The position numbers and the translations under genes were made by a program. The notes under the pieces are model-generated. The model was given only the letters and a program-made list of their open reading frames with translations, did no database searches and had not been told where the DNA came from. A stretch of DNA of 62,353 nucleotides, the filler included. It is 5 parts of 5 records of this genome, joined end to end, with 100 filler letters (N's around TTAATTAATTAA, not from the genome) between each part and the next. Parts side by side here need not be neighbours in the genome. Positions count along the whole stretch, not along the records: positions 1 to 17,549 come from SRR9188677_99; 4 more parts are not named here. One strand, 5' to 3'. Shown in pieces: positions 1 through 9,109 of the stretch (position 1 is its first letter; each line of letters starts with the position of its first letter).

Positions 1-230
1 ATATTATCTAATTCGTTGATGCGTTTTTCAACCACATCCGCTACTAATTGCTCTACATCTTTGGGCGATGCACCGGGATAAATCACCGTAACGCCAAACT
101 GAGGAGAAGAAAACTCAGGGTCTTCTCCACGAGGCATATTCAATAAAGAGTAAATCCCTATTGAAAGAATACCTAAAAACACGACCAGCGTGAATTGGTA
201 ATTTTTAACTGAGAATTCAGAGATTTTCAT
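1..230 (-). CDS. RND efflux permease (AcrB/CzcA family), 5' part only; runs off the window
   Basis: Manual translation from ATG 230: MKISEFSVKNYQFTLVVFLGILSIGIYSLLNMPRGEDPEFSSPQFGVTVIYPGASPKDVEQLVADVVEKRINELDNI, a typical RND N-terminus. It follows the adaptor gene and is absent from the ORF track. Confidence 0.9.
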   Translation of the reverse strand, partial: MKISEFSVKNYQFTLVVFLGILSIGIYSLLNMPRGEDPEFSSPQFGVTVIYPGASPKDVEQLVADVVEKRINELDN

Positions 231-250
231 ATTAATATCTTTATAAATGC

Positions 251-371
251 TGAGTTGTGAATTGTGAGTGAGGAGTTTGGTGAGTTATGAATAAGGATTT
301 TATATAGCTAATTAATAATTTTCTACCCGTACTCAAAATTCACTAATTCACAATTCATCACTCACAACTTA
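251..371. repeat. Imperfect palindrome built from ~7-bp degenerate tandem units
   Basis: Left arm TGAGTTG TGAATTG TGAGTGA GGAGTTT...; right arm ...ACTCAAA ATTCACT AATTCAC AATTCAT CACTCAC AACTT is its approximate reverse complement. Confidence 0.7.
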
Positions 372-376
372 ACATT

Positions 377-1426
377 TTATTGAATGATTTTTACTTTACT
401 TCCTTCCACCAAATAAGCCGAACCATCTGTAATTACTTGCGTGATAACTGTTGAAGAATTTTGGATAAATACTTTGTCGTTATCAATCGAAAGGATTTTT
501 ATCGCTACTTTATGAGCTTTGCCATTTTCAACTACATAGACAAAAGCATCGTTTCCGTTACCTTCAATCACGGCATCAACGGGTACAGAAGTATTTTGCT
601 GGGTAAGGTTAGGAGTAATCAAAGCATTGCCGAAAAGTCCAGTTGCCATTTTTTTACCTTGTGTATTCAATTTCAATTCAGCTTGATACAAACCTGAACT
701 TTGGTCAGCACCTTGCGAAAGATTGGAAACCGAAGCCGTAAAAGGAGTATCAGGAAAAGCGTCTAATTGAAGCATAGCTTTGTCGCCTAAATGCAGGCGA
801 GTCCAATCTTTATCGGCAACACCAACTTTTAAAACCCAGTCGTTTGCACCCGTTGCGTTCATGAAAAATACGGGTGTTCCCGGACCAGCCAATTCGCCTT
901 CGTTCATTAGTTTTTTAACAATTACACCGTTTGAAGTAGCGTAGATTTTTGAGAAACCTTGGTTGTAATTGGCAATTTCCAAATTTTGTTTGGCTACGTT
1001 CAGTGCCGTCGTGAGGTTTTGTACTTGTTCTAAAGTTGCTACTGAATCTTTGTAAAGATTGGTTACACGTCTTAAATCACGCTCTGCTTTTTGTACGCCT
1101 TCGGTAGCTTGCTGTACTTGTGCGTTGATTTCGGTCAGATTCAAAGAAGCCAACAATTGTCCTTTTGAAACATTTTGACCTTCTTTTACATAAATTTTAG
1201 CGATGATTCCTCCCGTTTTGAAAGATAAACGAGCTTCCTGCAAAGAAGCCACCAAGCCCGAAGCTTTGATTACTTCGTTAGAATTTGCTTGACTAACGTT
1301 GATTACTTTTACAGCAATTACGTCTTCATCAGCCAGTGATTTTTTTTCTTCCGCCTTTTTTCCACAAGCCAACAGCAAGGAAAACATAAACGAGAAGCCA
1401 AGAGAATAAGAGATAATTTTTTTCAT
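377..1426 (-). CDS. RND efflux periplasmic adaptor (membrane fusion protein), lipoprotein
   Basis: Lipobox LLLAC, lipoyl-like GIIAKIYVKEGQNVSKGQLLA, coiled-coil hairpin; upstream of the permease. Confidence 0.92.
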   Translation of the reverse strand: MKKIISYSLGFSFMFSLLLACGKKAEEKKSLADEDVIAVKVINVSQANSNEVIKASGLVASLQEARLSFKTGGIIAKIYVKEGQNVSKGQLLASLNLTEINAQVQQATEGVQKAERDLRRVTNLYKDSVATLEQVQNLTTALNVAKQNLEIANYNQGFSKIYATSNGVIVKKLMNEGELAGPGTPVFFMNATGANDWVLKVGVADKDWTRLHLGDKAMLQLDAFPDTPFTASVSNLSQGADQSSGLYQAELKLNTQGKKMATGLFGNALITPNLTQQNTSVPVDAVIEGNGNDAFVYVVENGKAHKVAIKILSIDNDKVFIQNSSTVITQVITDGSAYLVEGSKVKIIQ

Positions 1427-1459
1427 TTCTTTAGCGTATTTATTCTTTTAAATATTGAT

Positions 1460-2023
1460 TTAGATTCCTACTGCTTTTTTGAAAGAAGGATGTTCTGGCT
1501 TGATATTCGAGCCAAAAAAATGTGTCAATACTCCTTTTTCGTTGATTAAATATTTACAGAAATTCCAGCTTGGTTCTATATTGTTCCAGCCATTTTTTTG
1601 TTCTTCCGAAAGCCATTGATAAATTGGATGTTTATCTTTGCCCGAAACACTTACTTTTTCGGTAATTGTGAACGAAACGCCATAATTTACTTGGCAGAAT
1701 TCTTCAATTTGCGAAGCCGTTCCAGATTCTTGTGCTAAAAAGTTGTTGGCAGGCAAACCGATTACAATTACTTTATCACCAAATTTTTCATGGAATTGTT
1801 GCCAATCTTCATATTGCGGCGTGTAGCCACATTTTGAAGCCGTGTTGATTAAGAGTACTTTTTTTCCTGTAAAATCAGCAAAATTGATTTCTTGTTTTCC
1901 TGTTAAATTGCTGATTTTTAAATCGTAAAATGATTTTTTAGCAGGTTTTGAATTACTTGGTTTGGTGATGATATTATCTTTTTCGGTAATATTTCTATAA
2001 AGGCTTTTGATAGTCTTAAACAT
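1460..2023 (-). CDS. Cys-type glutathione peroxidase family protein
   Basis: NTASKCGYTPQY, GLPANNFLAQE and WNFCKYLI motifs. Confidence 0.92.
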   Translation of the reverse strand: MFKTIKSLYRNITEKDNIITKPSNSKPAKKSFYDLKISNLTGKQEINFADFTGKKVLLINTASKCGYTPQYEDWQQFHEKFGDKVIVIGLPANNFLAQESGTASQIEEFCQVNYGVSFTITEKVSVSGKDKHPIYQWLSEEQKNGWNNIEPSWNFCKYLINEKGVLTHFFGSNIKPEHPSFKKAVGI

Positions 2024-2041
2024 GATTTCGTTTTTTAAGAA

Positions 2042-3451
2042 TTATTTTAGTTCGTAACTGGCTTTGGCTCTTTCTACTTCCACCCATTTTTGCCAAACAT
2101 CAAATAAAGAAATGGATTGCTGTAATTGTGCGGTCGTGATTTGTGTTTGAGCGTCTAAAAGTTCGATGAAATTCAGGTTTCCTTCTTTGTATCGACGCAA
2201 CATATCACGATAATATCTTTCCGCTGTTGAAATCTGTGAAGCTTTTGATTCGAATACTTTTTTGGCTGAATTCAGGGAATTTTGAGCCGTCTCGGCTTGT
2301 AATGCCAATTGATTTTTTACTTGTTGCGCTTGCGTGTCTAAAGCTGCTAAATCCATTTCAGCTTGTTTTACTTTCAATTGATTTCTGCCGAAAGAGTAAA
2401 CAGGTAAGTCGAAAGAAACGCCTAGTAACACAAAAGCATTTGGGTTGAAGAAGTTTTTATCGCTACTCGCAATTTGGGCGAATCGTCCTTGCGAACCGAG
2501 GTCTAAAGAAGCTCCTACTTTTAGTTTTTTGTAAGATTGACTCAAGCCTACAAGTTGTTTATTGATATTAATTCCCGCTTGAATTTTGTCTAATTCTTCT
2601 CGATGTCCTTCTTCTAAATTTAAGTTCAGGACTGAAGTGTCTAAATTGTCAATTTCAATTTTAGCATTGAAATCTTTATTCAAAAGGAAATTGAAGTAAG
2701 CAGAAGCGTTCAACTGATTGCCTTTTGCATTGCTGATTTCAGCATCAATTTTTGAAATTTCATTGCGAGTACGCACCAAAACCGTTGGATTTTCCGAACC
2801 ATTTTTTATTAAACTTTCATTTACTCTTTCGCTTTCTTGCAGAATTTTCAAAGCATTTTCATATACTTTTACGGCTTCTGTTGCTTTCAAATAATTGAAG
2901 TAGGCAATTTTAATATCACGTACCAATTCTCTTTTATAGACTTGTATTTCAGTTTGTTGTACGCTGATTTGTTCTTTTTTGATGGCTTGATTGTACCTGA
3001 TTTCAGCATTCAAAATGGGCATGGTGGTTTTGAAACGTAAATCATAGAAATCTTTAGGAACAAGTTGCTCAGAAGTATTTGAGATTCGTGGAAATTTTGT
3101 CGAGTTCGTCAAAGCGTTTAGCGTTGAGTAAACTGGATTAACCAAATCTCCAATTGGAATTTCAATTTTTCTACCGCCTTGAGCTGCCGAAACAGTTGTA
3201 TTGAAACTCACATTGGGTTTGAACATCGCTTTGGCTTCTTCGAGTGCATACACGGCTTTTTGCAAAGAAAATTGCTGTTGCTTGAGTGTCTGACTATTGC
3301 TTAAACCTTCTTGAACATATCGATTTAAAATATCTGACTGTGCCAAAGTATCAGTGAAAAAGCACATTGCTAACAGTAGCATCACCGCCAATTTTGAATA
3401 AGCATGATGGAAAAATTGAAGCATTTTTTTGAAGTTTCTGAGGGTTTTCAT
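2042..3451 (-). CDS. TolC family outer membrane efflux protein
   Basis: Signal peptide, two OEP-like helical repeats, C-terminal RYKEGNLNFIELLDAQ. Confidence 0.9.
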   Translation of the reverse strand: MKTLRNFKKMLQFFHHAYSKLAVMLLLAMCFFTDTLAQSDILNRYVQEGLSNSQTLKQQQFSLQKAVYALEEAKAMFKPNVSFNTTVSAAQGGRKIEIPIGDLVNPVYSTLNALTNSTKFPRISNTSEQLVPKDFYDLRFKTTMPILNAEIRYNQAIKKEQISVQQTEIQVYKRELVRDIKIAYFNYLKATEAVKVYENALKILQESERVNESLIKNGSENPTVLVRTRNEISKIDAEISNAKGNQLNASAYFNFLLNKDFNAKIEIDNLDTSVLNLNLEEGHREELDKIQAGININKQLVGLSQSYKKLKVGASLDLGSQGRFAQIASSDKNFFNPNAFVLLGVSFDLPVYSFGRNQLKVKQAEMDLAALDTQAQQVKNQLALQAETAQNSLNSAKKVFESKASQISTAERYYRDMLRRYKEGNLNFIELLDAQTQITTAQLQQSISLFDVWQKWVEVERAKASYELK

Positions 3452-3468
3452 AAACGTTATTTAAAATA

Positions 3469-3481
3469 TAAACAGTGTTTA
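3469..3481. promoter_or_regulatory. Putative TetR operator copy 2 (TAAACA-G-TGTTTA)
   Basis: Perfect 6-bp inverted repeat just upstream of tolC; resembles the 5099-5117 palindrome. Confidence 0.6.
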
Positions 3482-3544
3482 GTTGTTAAGCAAAATAAAA
3501 AGCACTTAGTCTCGAAAGGTTTGTTAGTGCTTTTGGGTAATGTT

Positions 3545-3991
3545 TTATAAAGATTTTATCTCGTTGCTGGTTGATACCAAGTTGGTGGTACATTTTGCGA
3601 TAATTTTGCCTTGTTCGTTTCTGATTTCCCCTTCGGCATGTGCAATTTTTTTACCAACCCTGATAATCTTTGATTTAGCAATTACTTTTTCGCCGATTTT
3701 CGCTGAGAATAAGTAATCAATAGAAAGATTAACGGTAGCGTAAAAAGCAGTGTGTCCCATGCTGAAAATGGTCATTCCAATGATGTCATCCATCATGGTA
3801 GCTGCAACGCCTCCGTGAAGGATGTGGGCTGGATTACACATATCTTTTCTGATAATGTATTCTACCGAAAGAGAATCTTCTTCTAATGCTACTAAAACAC
3901 CATCTAACCATTTTGAAACAGGCGATGGACTATTTTCGGCGATAGGTTTTCCAAGATTATTTTTAAAAAACTCAAATGCTGGATTAGTCAT
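3545..3991 (-). CDS. PaaI family hotdog thioesterase
   Basis: CNPAHILHGGVAATMMDD and TVNLSIDYL motifs. Confidence 0.9.
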   Translation of the reverse strand: MTNPAFEFFKNNLGKPIAENSPSPVSKWLDGVLVALEEDSLSVEYIIRKDMCNPAHILHGGVAATMMDDIIGMTIFSMGHTAFYATVNLSIDYLFSAKIGEKVIAKSKIIRVGKKIAHAEGEIRNEQGKIIAKCTTNLVSTSNEIKSL

Positions 3992-4598
3992 TTTGTAAAA
4001 GTGCGATCATTTGTTCTACAGATGCCGACATTAAATTTTGTATATGTTCTTGTGGAAAAGTTTTAAATCTATTTCTGATTTTCAATGAAACCAAGCCGTG
4101 CATAAACGACCAGATTGACATCGTTGCTACTCCTAATACTGAAATTTTAATGAGTTTGTTGTCAATACATTGTTGTACCGTATCGCATAAATGCTCAAAA
4201 CATCTATGTCCACAAACCCATTCTTCGTTTTCAAAAATGGCTTCCATCGGTGCATTTTGAATAAACATCAAATCGTACATTTCTGGGTTTTCCAAAGCAA
4301 AGTTCATGTAAGCATAACCTTGTTGTCGAAGTTTTTCGATTGGATTTTCAATTCCTTCAACCGCATCCAACAGTTGATGTATTAATTTTTCAAAACCTAA
4401 TTCATGTACAGCAAAGAAAATTTCACTTTTGTCTTTAAAATAAAGATATATCGTCGCTGGACTGTACTCTACACGGTCGGCAATGGCACGAATAGAAGCC
4501 TTTTCATAACCATCTTCAATAAAGGCTTGCTGTGCGGCTTCTAAAATCAAAGACCGAACTTCTTGTCTTTCTCTTTCTTTTCTCTCGGTAATACCCAT
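3984..4598 (-). CDS. TetR/AcrR family regulator (WHG-type C-terminus)
   Basis: N-terminal HTH SIRAIADRVEYSPATIYLYFKDK; WSFMHGLVSL. Confidence 0.93.
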   Translation of the reverse strand: MGITERKERERQEVRSLILEAAQQAFIEDGYEKASIRAIADRVEYSPATIYLYFKDKSEIFFAVHELGFEKLIHQLLDAVEGIENPIEKLRQQGYAYMNFALENPEMYDLMFIQNAPMEAIFENEEWVCGHRCFEHLCDTVQQCIDNKLIKISVLGVATMSIWSFMHGLVSLKIRNRFKTFPQEHIQNLMSASVEQMIALLQND

Positions 4599-4641
4599 AT
4601 TTTGATTTTCGATTAAAATGTGGATACAATTTCCACAAAAA

Positions 4642-5064
4642 TCATTTAACTTTTGTCCAAACGGTTGTTCTTCCTAGCAAAGAAAAACCGATGAAACCTC
4701 TTATTTCTAATTCGTCAATACTTTTTAATTTCATATTGCAAGAGTACGTCTTGCCATTGTTTGGGTCGTAAACACTGCCATCTTCCCAAGCTTTTCCTTT
4801 AAAAACAAAGTCTTTTAAAATAGTAGAACCAATGATGTCTCTATGTCTTAAGGAAGCATCTGGATTTTTTTCATCTTTTCTGCCAGTCGCTTTCCCCCAA
4901 ATTACTTTTCCGAAATATTTCTCACCTTGTTTGAAAATTAATACTTTCCCGTCTTTCTCTTGCGATAGCCATTCACCTAAGATGGCGTCTTTCGTGATAG
5001 ACTGCGCATTTCCCACACTTATTATTAAAAGGAACATGGCAAGTGTATTGATGATTTTTTTCAT
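4642..5064 (-). CDS. DUF2147 domain secreted protein
   Basis: Signal peptide; WEDGSVYDPNNGKTYSC and LEIRGFIGFSLLGRTTVW motifs. Confidence 0.85.
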   Translation of the reverse strand: MKKIINTLAMFLLIISVGNAQSITKDAILGEWLSQEKDGKVLIFKQGEKYFGKVIWGKATGRKDEKNPDASLRHRDIIGSTILKDFVFKGKAWEDGSVYDPNNGKTYSCNMKLKSIDELEIRGFIGFSLLGRTTVWTKVK

Positions 5065-5098
5065 TTTTAGATAAGTTAAAGATTAGTCATTGCAAAAG

Positions 5099-5117
5099 TA
5101 ATGAACACTGTTCATTA
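5099..5117. promoter_or_regulatory. Putative TetR operator copy 1 (TAATGAACA-C-TGTTCATTA) overlapping the -7 promoter box
   Basis: Perfect 9-bp inverted repeat overlapping minus-strand TACTTTTG (Bacteroidota TAnnTTTG) at 5093-5100. Confidence 0.7.
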
Positions 5118-5385
5118 AAAAAACACCTTTTTGTTTAAATTTAATAAATCTAAGAAAAATTATTTTTCAAAAAATATTAAGTATCTGTTATTGAGTGGTT
5201 TATGTGCTATAGGTATTGAATTAACACAATATATTAACATTCTAATTTGCGGGATAAAAAGGATATATTTAATTTTGCAATTCACGTTCTTGTCTTGATT
5301 CAATAATATGCTTTTTTAAAAGGATTTATGGAGGAATTAAGGTAAGAAAAACGATAGGTGACAACTGATAACCGATAGCAAAAAT

Positions 5386-6147
5386 ATGAATTATCCACTT
5401 ACTCAAATTCCTGAGAGAACTACTAAGCCACGCCAAAAAGGATACACAATGGTGATGGACAAAGGTCTAAGTATCAGACAAATAGAGGATTTTTTGGAAA
5501 CGAGTGCTGCTTATACCGACATCGTTAAGTTGGGTTGGGCTACTTCGTTCGTTACACCAAACTTGAAGGAAAAATTAGCCGTTTACAAGTCTGCAGGTAT
5601 TCCAGTTTACTTTGGCGGTACTTTATTTGAAGCTTTTATTATTCGTAAACAATTTGATGAGTACCGTCGTATTTTAGACGAATTCGGAATGGAGTATGCC
5701 GAAGTTTCTGATGGTTCTTTAGAAATGGAACAAGATGATAAATGTGAATATATCAGAACTTTAGCTAAACAAGTAACTGTACTTTCAGAAGTAGGTTCTA
5801 AAGATGAGGCGAAAATCATTCCTCCATACAAATGGATTAAATTGATGAAAGCTGAATTAGAAGCTGGTGCTTGGAAAGTAATTGGCGAAGCTCGTGAAGG
5901 CGGAAACGTTGGTTTGTTCCGTGCATCTGGTGAAGTTCGTCAAGGATTGGTAGAAGAAATTCTAACTGAAATTCCTGAAGAAAAAATCATTTGGGAAGCT
6001 CCACAAAAATCTCAACAAGTTTGGTTTGTGAAATTAGTAGGAGCTAACGTAAACGTTGGAAACATTGCACCACACGAAGTAATTTCTTTAGAAACCATTC
6101 GTTTGGGCTTAAGAGGTGATACTTTCACTCATTTCTTAGATAAGTAA
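5386..6147 (+). CDS. comA: Phosphosulfolactate synthase (ComA family)
   Basis: KPRQKGYTMVMDKG, DIVKLGWAT, GGTLFE, EVSDG, SEVGSK, EAREGG, WEAPQK and LETIRLGLRGDT motifs. Confidence 0.9.
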   Translation: MNYPLTQIPERTTKPRQKGYTMVMDKGLSIRQIEDFLETSAAYTDIVKLGWATSFVTPNLKEKLAVYKSAGIPVYFGGTLFEAFIIRKQFDEYRRILDEFGMEYAEVSDGSLEMEQDDKCEYIRTLAKQVTVLSEVGSKDEAKIIPPYKWIKLMKAELEAGAWKVIGEAREGGNVGLFRASGEVRQGLVEEILTEIPEEKIIWEAPQKSQQVWFVKLVGANVNVGNIAPHEVISLETIRLGLRGDTFTHFLDK

Positions 6148-6264
6148 ACACATCACATCGACAAACATGTAGAATCAGTTATCAGTCAAGGCGAGTTCAA
6201 GAAGTCCCTTTTCTCATAACTGATTTTTAATGTATAATACTTACTAACAAACCCAACGAACACA

Positions 6265-6906
6265 ATGGAAATTATCAACTTTTTCTTACAACTCCTCAAA
6301 GACCCATTAACCGCACTTTCTGATTTCATCAGCGAACACGGGACAGTTACTTATGGATTACTTTTCTTGATTATTTTTGTTGAAACTGGATTAATCGTAA
6401 TGCCTTTGTTACCGGGAGATTCTCTACTTTTTGCGGTAGGTGTTTTGGCAGCAGCAACGGGCAAAATTGAAATTACGTTTGTGATTCCTCTTTTGATTGG
6501 CGCCGCACTTTTGGGCGATAATGTGAATTATTTTATTGGAAAGTACTTTAGTGAATTTGTGAAGTCAAAAGATAAAATTCTATTTCTGAAACGTGAACAT
6601 ATTACGCAGACTGAAGAATTTTATGCAAAACATGGCGGACAAACTGTTATTATGGCTCGTTTTGTTCCGATTGTTCGTACAGTAGCGCCATTCGTAGCAG
6701 GAGCTGGAAGTATGAAATACAGTACTTATATTACTTTTTGTGTTTTAGGAGCTGTGCTTTGGGTTACTTCAATTACTTTATTAGGCTATTTTTTAGGAAA
6801 TAACGAATGGGTAAAACACAATTTTGAAAAAGTAGTTTTAGGCATTATTGCGGTTTCTGTTTTACCAATGATTTTTGCTTTTGTGAAATCAAAGCTATCG
6901 AAGTAA
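6265..6906 (+). CDS. DedA family membrane protein
   Basis: FVETGLIVMPLLPGDSLLF and ARFVPIVRTVAPFVAG motifs. Confidence 0.93.
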   Translation: MEIINFFLQLLKDPLTALSDFISEHGTVTYGLLFLIIFVETGLIVMPLLPGDSLLFAVGVLAAATGKIEITFVIPLLIGAALLGDNVNYFIGKYFSEFVKSKDKILFLKREHITQTEEFYAKHGGQTVIMARFVPIVRTVAPFVAGAGSMKYSTYITFCVLGAVLWVTSITLLGYFLGNNEWVKHNFEKVVLGIIAVSVLPMIFAFVKSKLSK

Positions 6907-6933
6907 GTAAAGCTTCATTGATAACAATACATC

Positions 6934-6971
6934 AAAAAAGCCTGCGAAATTTGATTTTCGCAGGCTTTTTT
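6934..6971. terminator. Bidirectional intrinsic terminator
   Basis: AAAAAAGCCTGCGAAA...TTTCGCAGGCTTTTTT between convergent genes. Confidence 0.85.
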
Positions 6972-6987
6972 ATATTCAAACAATTAC

Positions 6988-7833
6988 TTATTTCTGAACT
7001 ACTTTTGCAAAACGGTGATAAAATGGTGTTTTGCTGTTTTCGTTTTTCGGCATGTATTTACCAGTAATAATTGGTACATACATTACTCTACGACGAGACT
7101 TTTCTCCGAAATTAGGAGAAACTTCTACTCGGTGCCATAAACGACCATCATGTACCGTTAAATCTCCAGCTTCAATTTCAAAACCTACTTCTCTAGCATC
7201 TGGAGTATGATCGATAAACTGTTTTTTACCAAATAAAAGTTTTAAAACACTTTGGTTTTGTGTACCTGGCAATACTCTCAAGCCACCATTTGTGCTTGGG
7301 CAATTATCTAAGTGTACACCAACGTTTAACATCGGAAGAATTTTTTGTCCTAAAAATAAATCACGTGGGCTGTCTGTATGCCATCCCATTTGTGTGAATT
7401 TACTGTTTGGTGCATTTACATAGTGGTTAAAAACCAGTCCATCTTTTTCGTTATCGCTAATACGACCGTCATAAGGAGCTAATAATTCAACCAATAACTG
7501 TAAACGTGGGTCTTTCAAAAATTCACCTAAGAAAGTACTGTACTTGTTTGTAAAGCACATTCTTTGAATCATCTTGTTGCCGTGTTCGTCTTTACCAAAC
7601 TTCAACGGAATACCATTGATTTTCTCAATGCCATCAGCCAACCATTGCTTTTCAATTTTATCTAATTCGCTGATAAACGTTTGAATCGTTTCAGCATTAA
7701 TGAAATTTTTAAATTGAATTACACCATACTTGCGGAAATACTCTTTCTGCTCTTGTGTTAGTTTCTCTCCCAATTGGAAGGTTTTCGACTCAAACTTTAC
7801 CATATTTTTACCCTGAATTAAAGTGGTTTGCAA
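6988..7833 (-). CDS. Phytanoyl-CoA dioxygenase (PhyH) family Fe(II)/2-oxoglutarate dioxygenase
   Basis: GWHTDS (HxD), NGGLRVLPG and GDLTVHDGRLWH motifs. The start may be TTG 7833 or ATG 7803. Confidence 0.85.
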   Translation of the reverse strand: MQTTLIQGKNMVKFESKTFQLGEKLTQEQKEYFRKYGVIQFKNFINAETIQTFISELDKIEKQWLADGIEKINGIPLKFGKDEHGNKMIQRMCFTNKYSTFLGEFLKDPRLQLLVELLAPYDGRISDNEKDGLVFNHYVNAPNSKFTQMGWHTDSPRDLFLGQKILPMLNVGVHLDNCPSTNGGLRVLPGTQNQSVLKLLFGKKQFIDHTPDAREVGFEIEAGDLTVHDGRLWHRVEVSPNFGEKSRRRVMYVPIITGKYMPKNENSKTPFYHRFAKVVQK

Positions 7834-8212
7834 GAACTATATTTGATAAAAAGTTCCTGGTACAAAACTAATTTGTTCAACCAAACCAGTTTTATGAAAA
7901 ATTGTACAAAATAAAGTTAAACGATTTTGACAATCGCTTCGTAAACGTAGTTGGGCAGAACCACCTTTACTTAGTTTTAGAAAAAAGAAAAAGTTTCCTT
8001 TTTTCTGGTAAAACAATGCAAATTAATTGAATGTAATGAAATTGTAAATTTTTCATTAGAAAATTTACAATTTACCTCTGATAATTCACAATCATTAGTT
8101 TCAAGATGAATAACTCTCCAGAATGTACTAATTTATGACTTGCAAAATTAAAGGATTAATTAATATATTTTCTATCATTTCCTTAAAATACAAAGGATTA
8201 TGATTTTTGGAC

Positions 8213-8971
8213 TTAAACGATTTTATTGCTAAACCAGAAAAGTGTTTCTAAAAGTAATAAAAACAATAATAACACGCTACAAGTAATTTGCCATTGCTGT
8301 TTGTTGAGATAACGAGCAATTACATAAGAAAGTGCAGTAAAGAAAAAGGCACCGATTACATCTGCTGTATAATGAACGTGCTGAATTAATAATAAAATAG
8401 CAATTGAAACGCCTGTAACAGCCGCTAAAGCTTTTTCCCAAGGTTTTTCAAGAAACAACCAAATCATCACCATCGTTGCAGTATGCCCCGAAAAAAATAA
8501 ATCTTTTGTGATAGGTTCTGTATCTCCATAAATGAGTAATTCCGCAAAAGTATCGTGAAGTGGAACTAAATCTAGTGGAGGATTCAATGGAAAAAAATAA
8601 ATGGTTGACATCCTCAATACGGTTTCAATCACAAACGTTATCGTAAAAAGGAGAAATAATTTTGGTTTGACCAATACTCTACAAAGCAAGAAAACCAACA
8701 TTCCATAAATAAGAGCAAAAATCGGTGTTGAAACATCAATCGCTGGAAGATGATTTAATACAAAATCGGAAAGATAAGCGCCATCACGCTTCTGAATATT
8801 GATAAAAAATGAAGGAAATTGTGGGGCAGCCAAAGTAGCTATACCAAGGGTTGTCAGTAATTTAATAATAAATCCATTCGTTTTTAAAGCATCTTGCCAA
8901 CGTTGTTGAACAACTTGAAGATAACTTTTTGGCATCTTTGGTGGTTTTGTATTCGTAAGTATGTCATTCAT
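8213..8971 (-). CDS. Sphingomyelin-synthase-like / PAP2_C membrane phosphotransferase
   Basis: About six hydrophobic segments with DLFFSGHT and HVHYTADV, matching the SMS D3/D4 motifs. Confidence 0.75.
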   Translation of the reverse strand: MNDILTNTKPPKMPKSYLQVVQQRWQDALKTNGFIIKLLTTLGIATLAAPQFPSFFINIQKRDGAYLSDFVLNHLPAIDVSTPIFALIYGMLVFLLCRVLVKPKLFLLFTITFVIETVLRMSTIYFFPLNPPLDLVPLHDTFAELLIYGDTEPITKDLFFSGHTATMVMIWLFLEKPWEKALAAVTGVSIAILLLIQHVHYTADVIGAFFFTALSYVIARYLNKQQWQITCSVLLLFLLLLETLFWFSNKIV

Positions 8972-9109
8972 CAGACAATCTAATTTTTAATTGGTATTAT
9001 CTTTGGATATTCTTTTAGATTAAAGTGTTCTTTATCGATTTGAATCTTCATCGAAAGAATTCTTTCATAAAAAATACAAACTTACATCAAGTTTTAAACG
9101 TTATCAACA

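Noticed and set aside
1460..2023. Selenoprotein glutathione peroxidase
   Set aside because: The active-site residue is Cys (ASKCG) with no in-frame TGA.
5386..6147. Coenzyme M pathway or competence comA
   Set aside because: No comB-E nearby, and the protein is the phosphosulfolactate synthase fold, unrelated to competence ComA.
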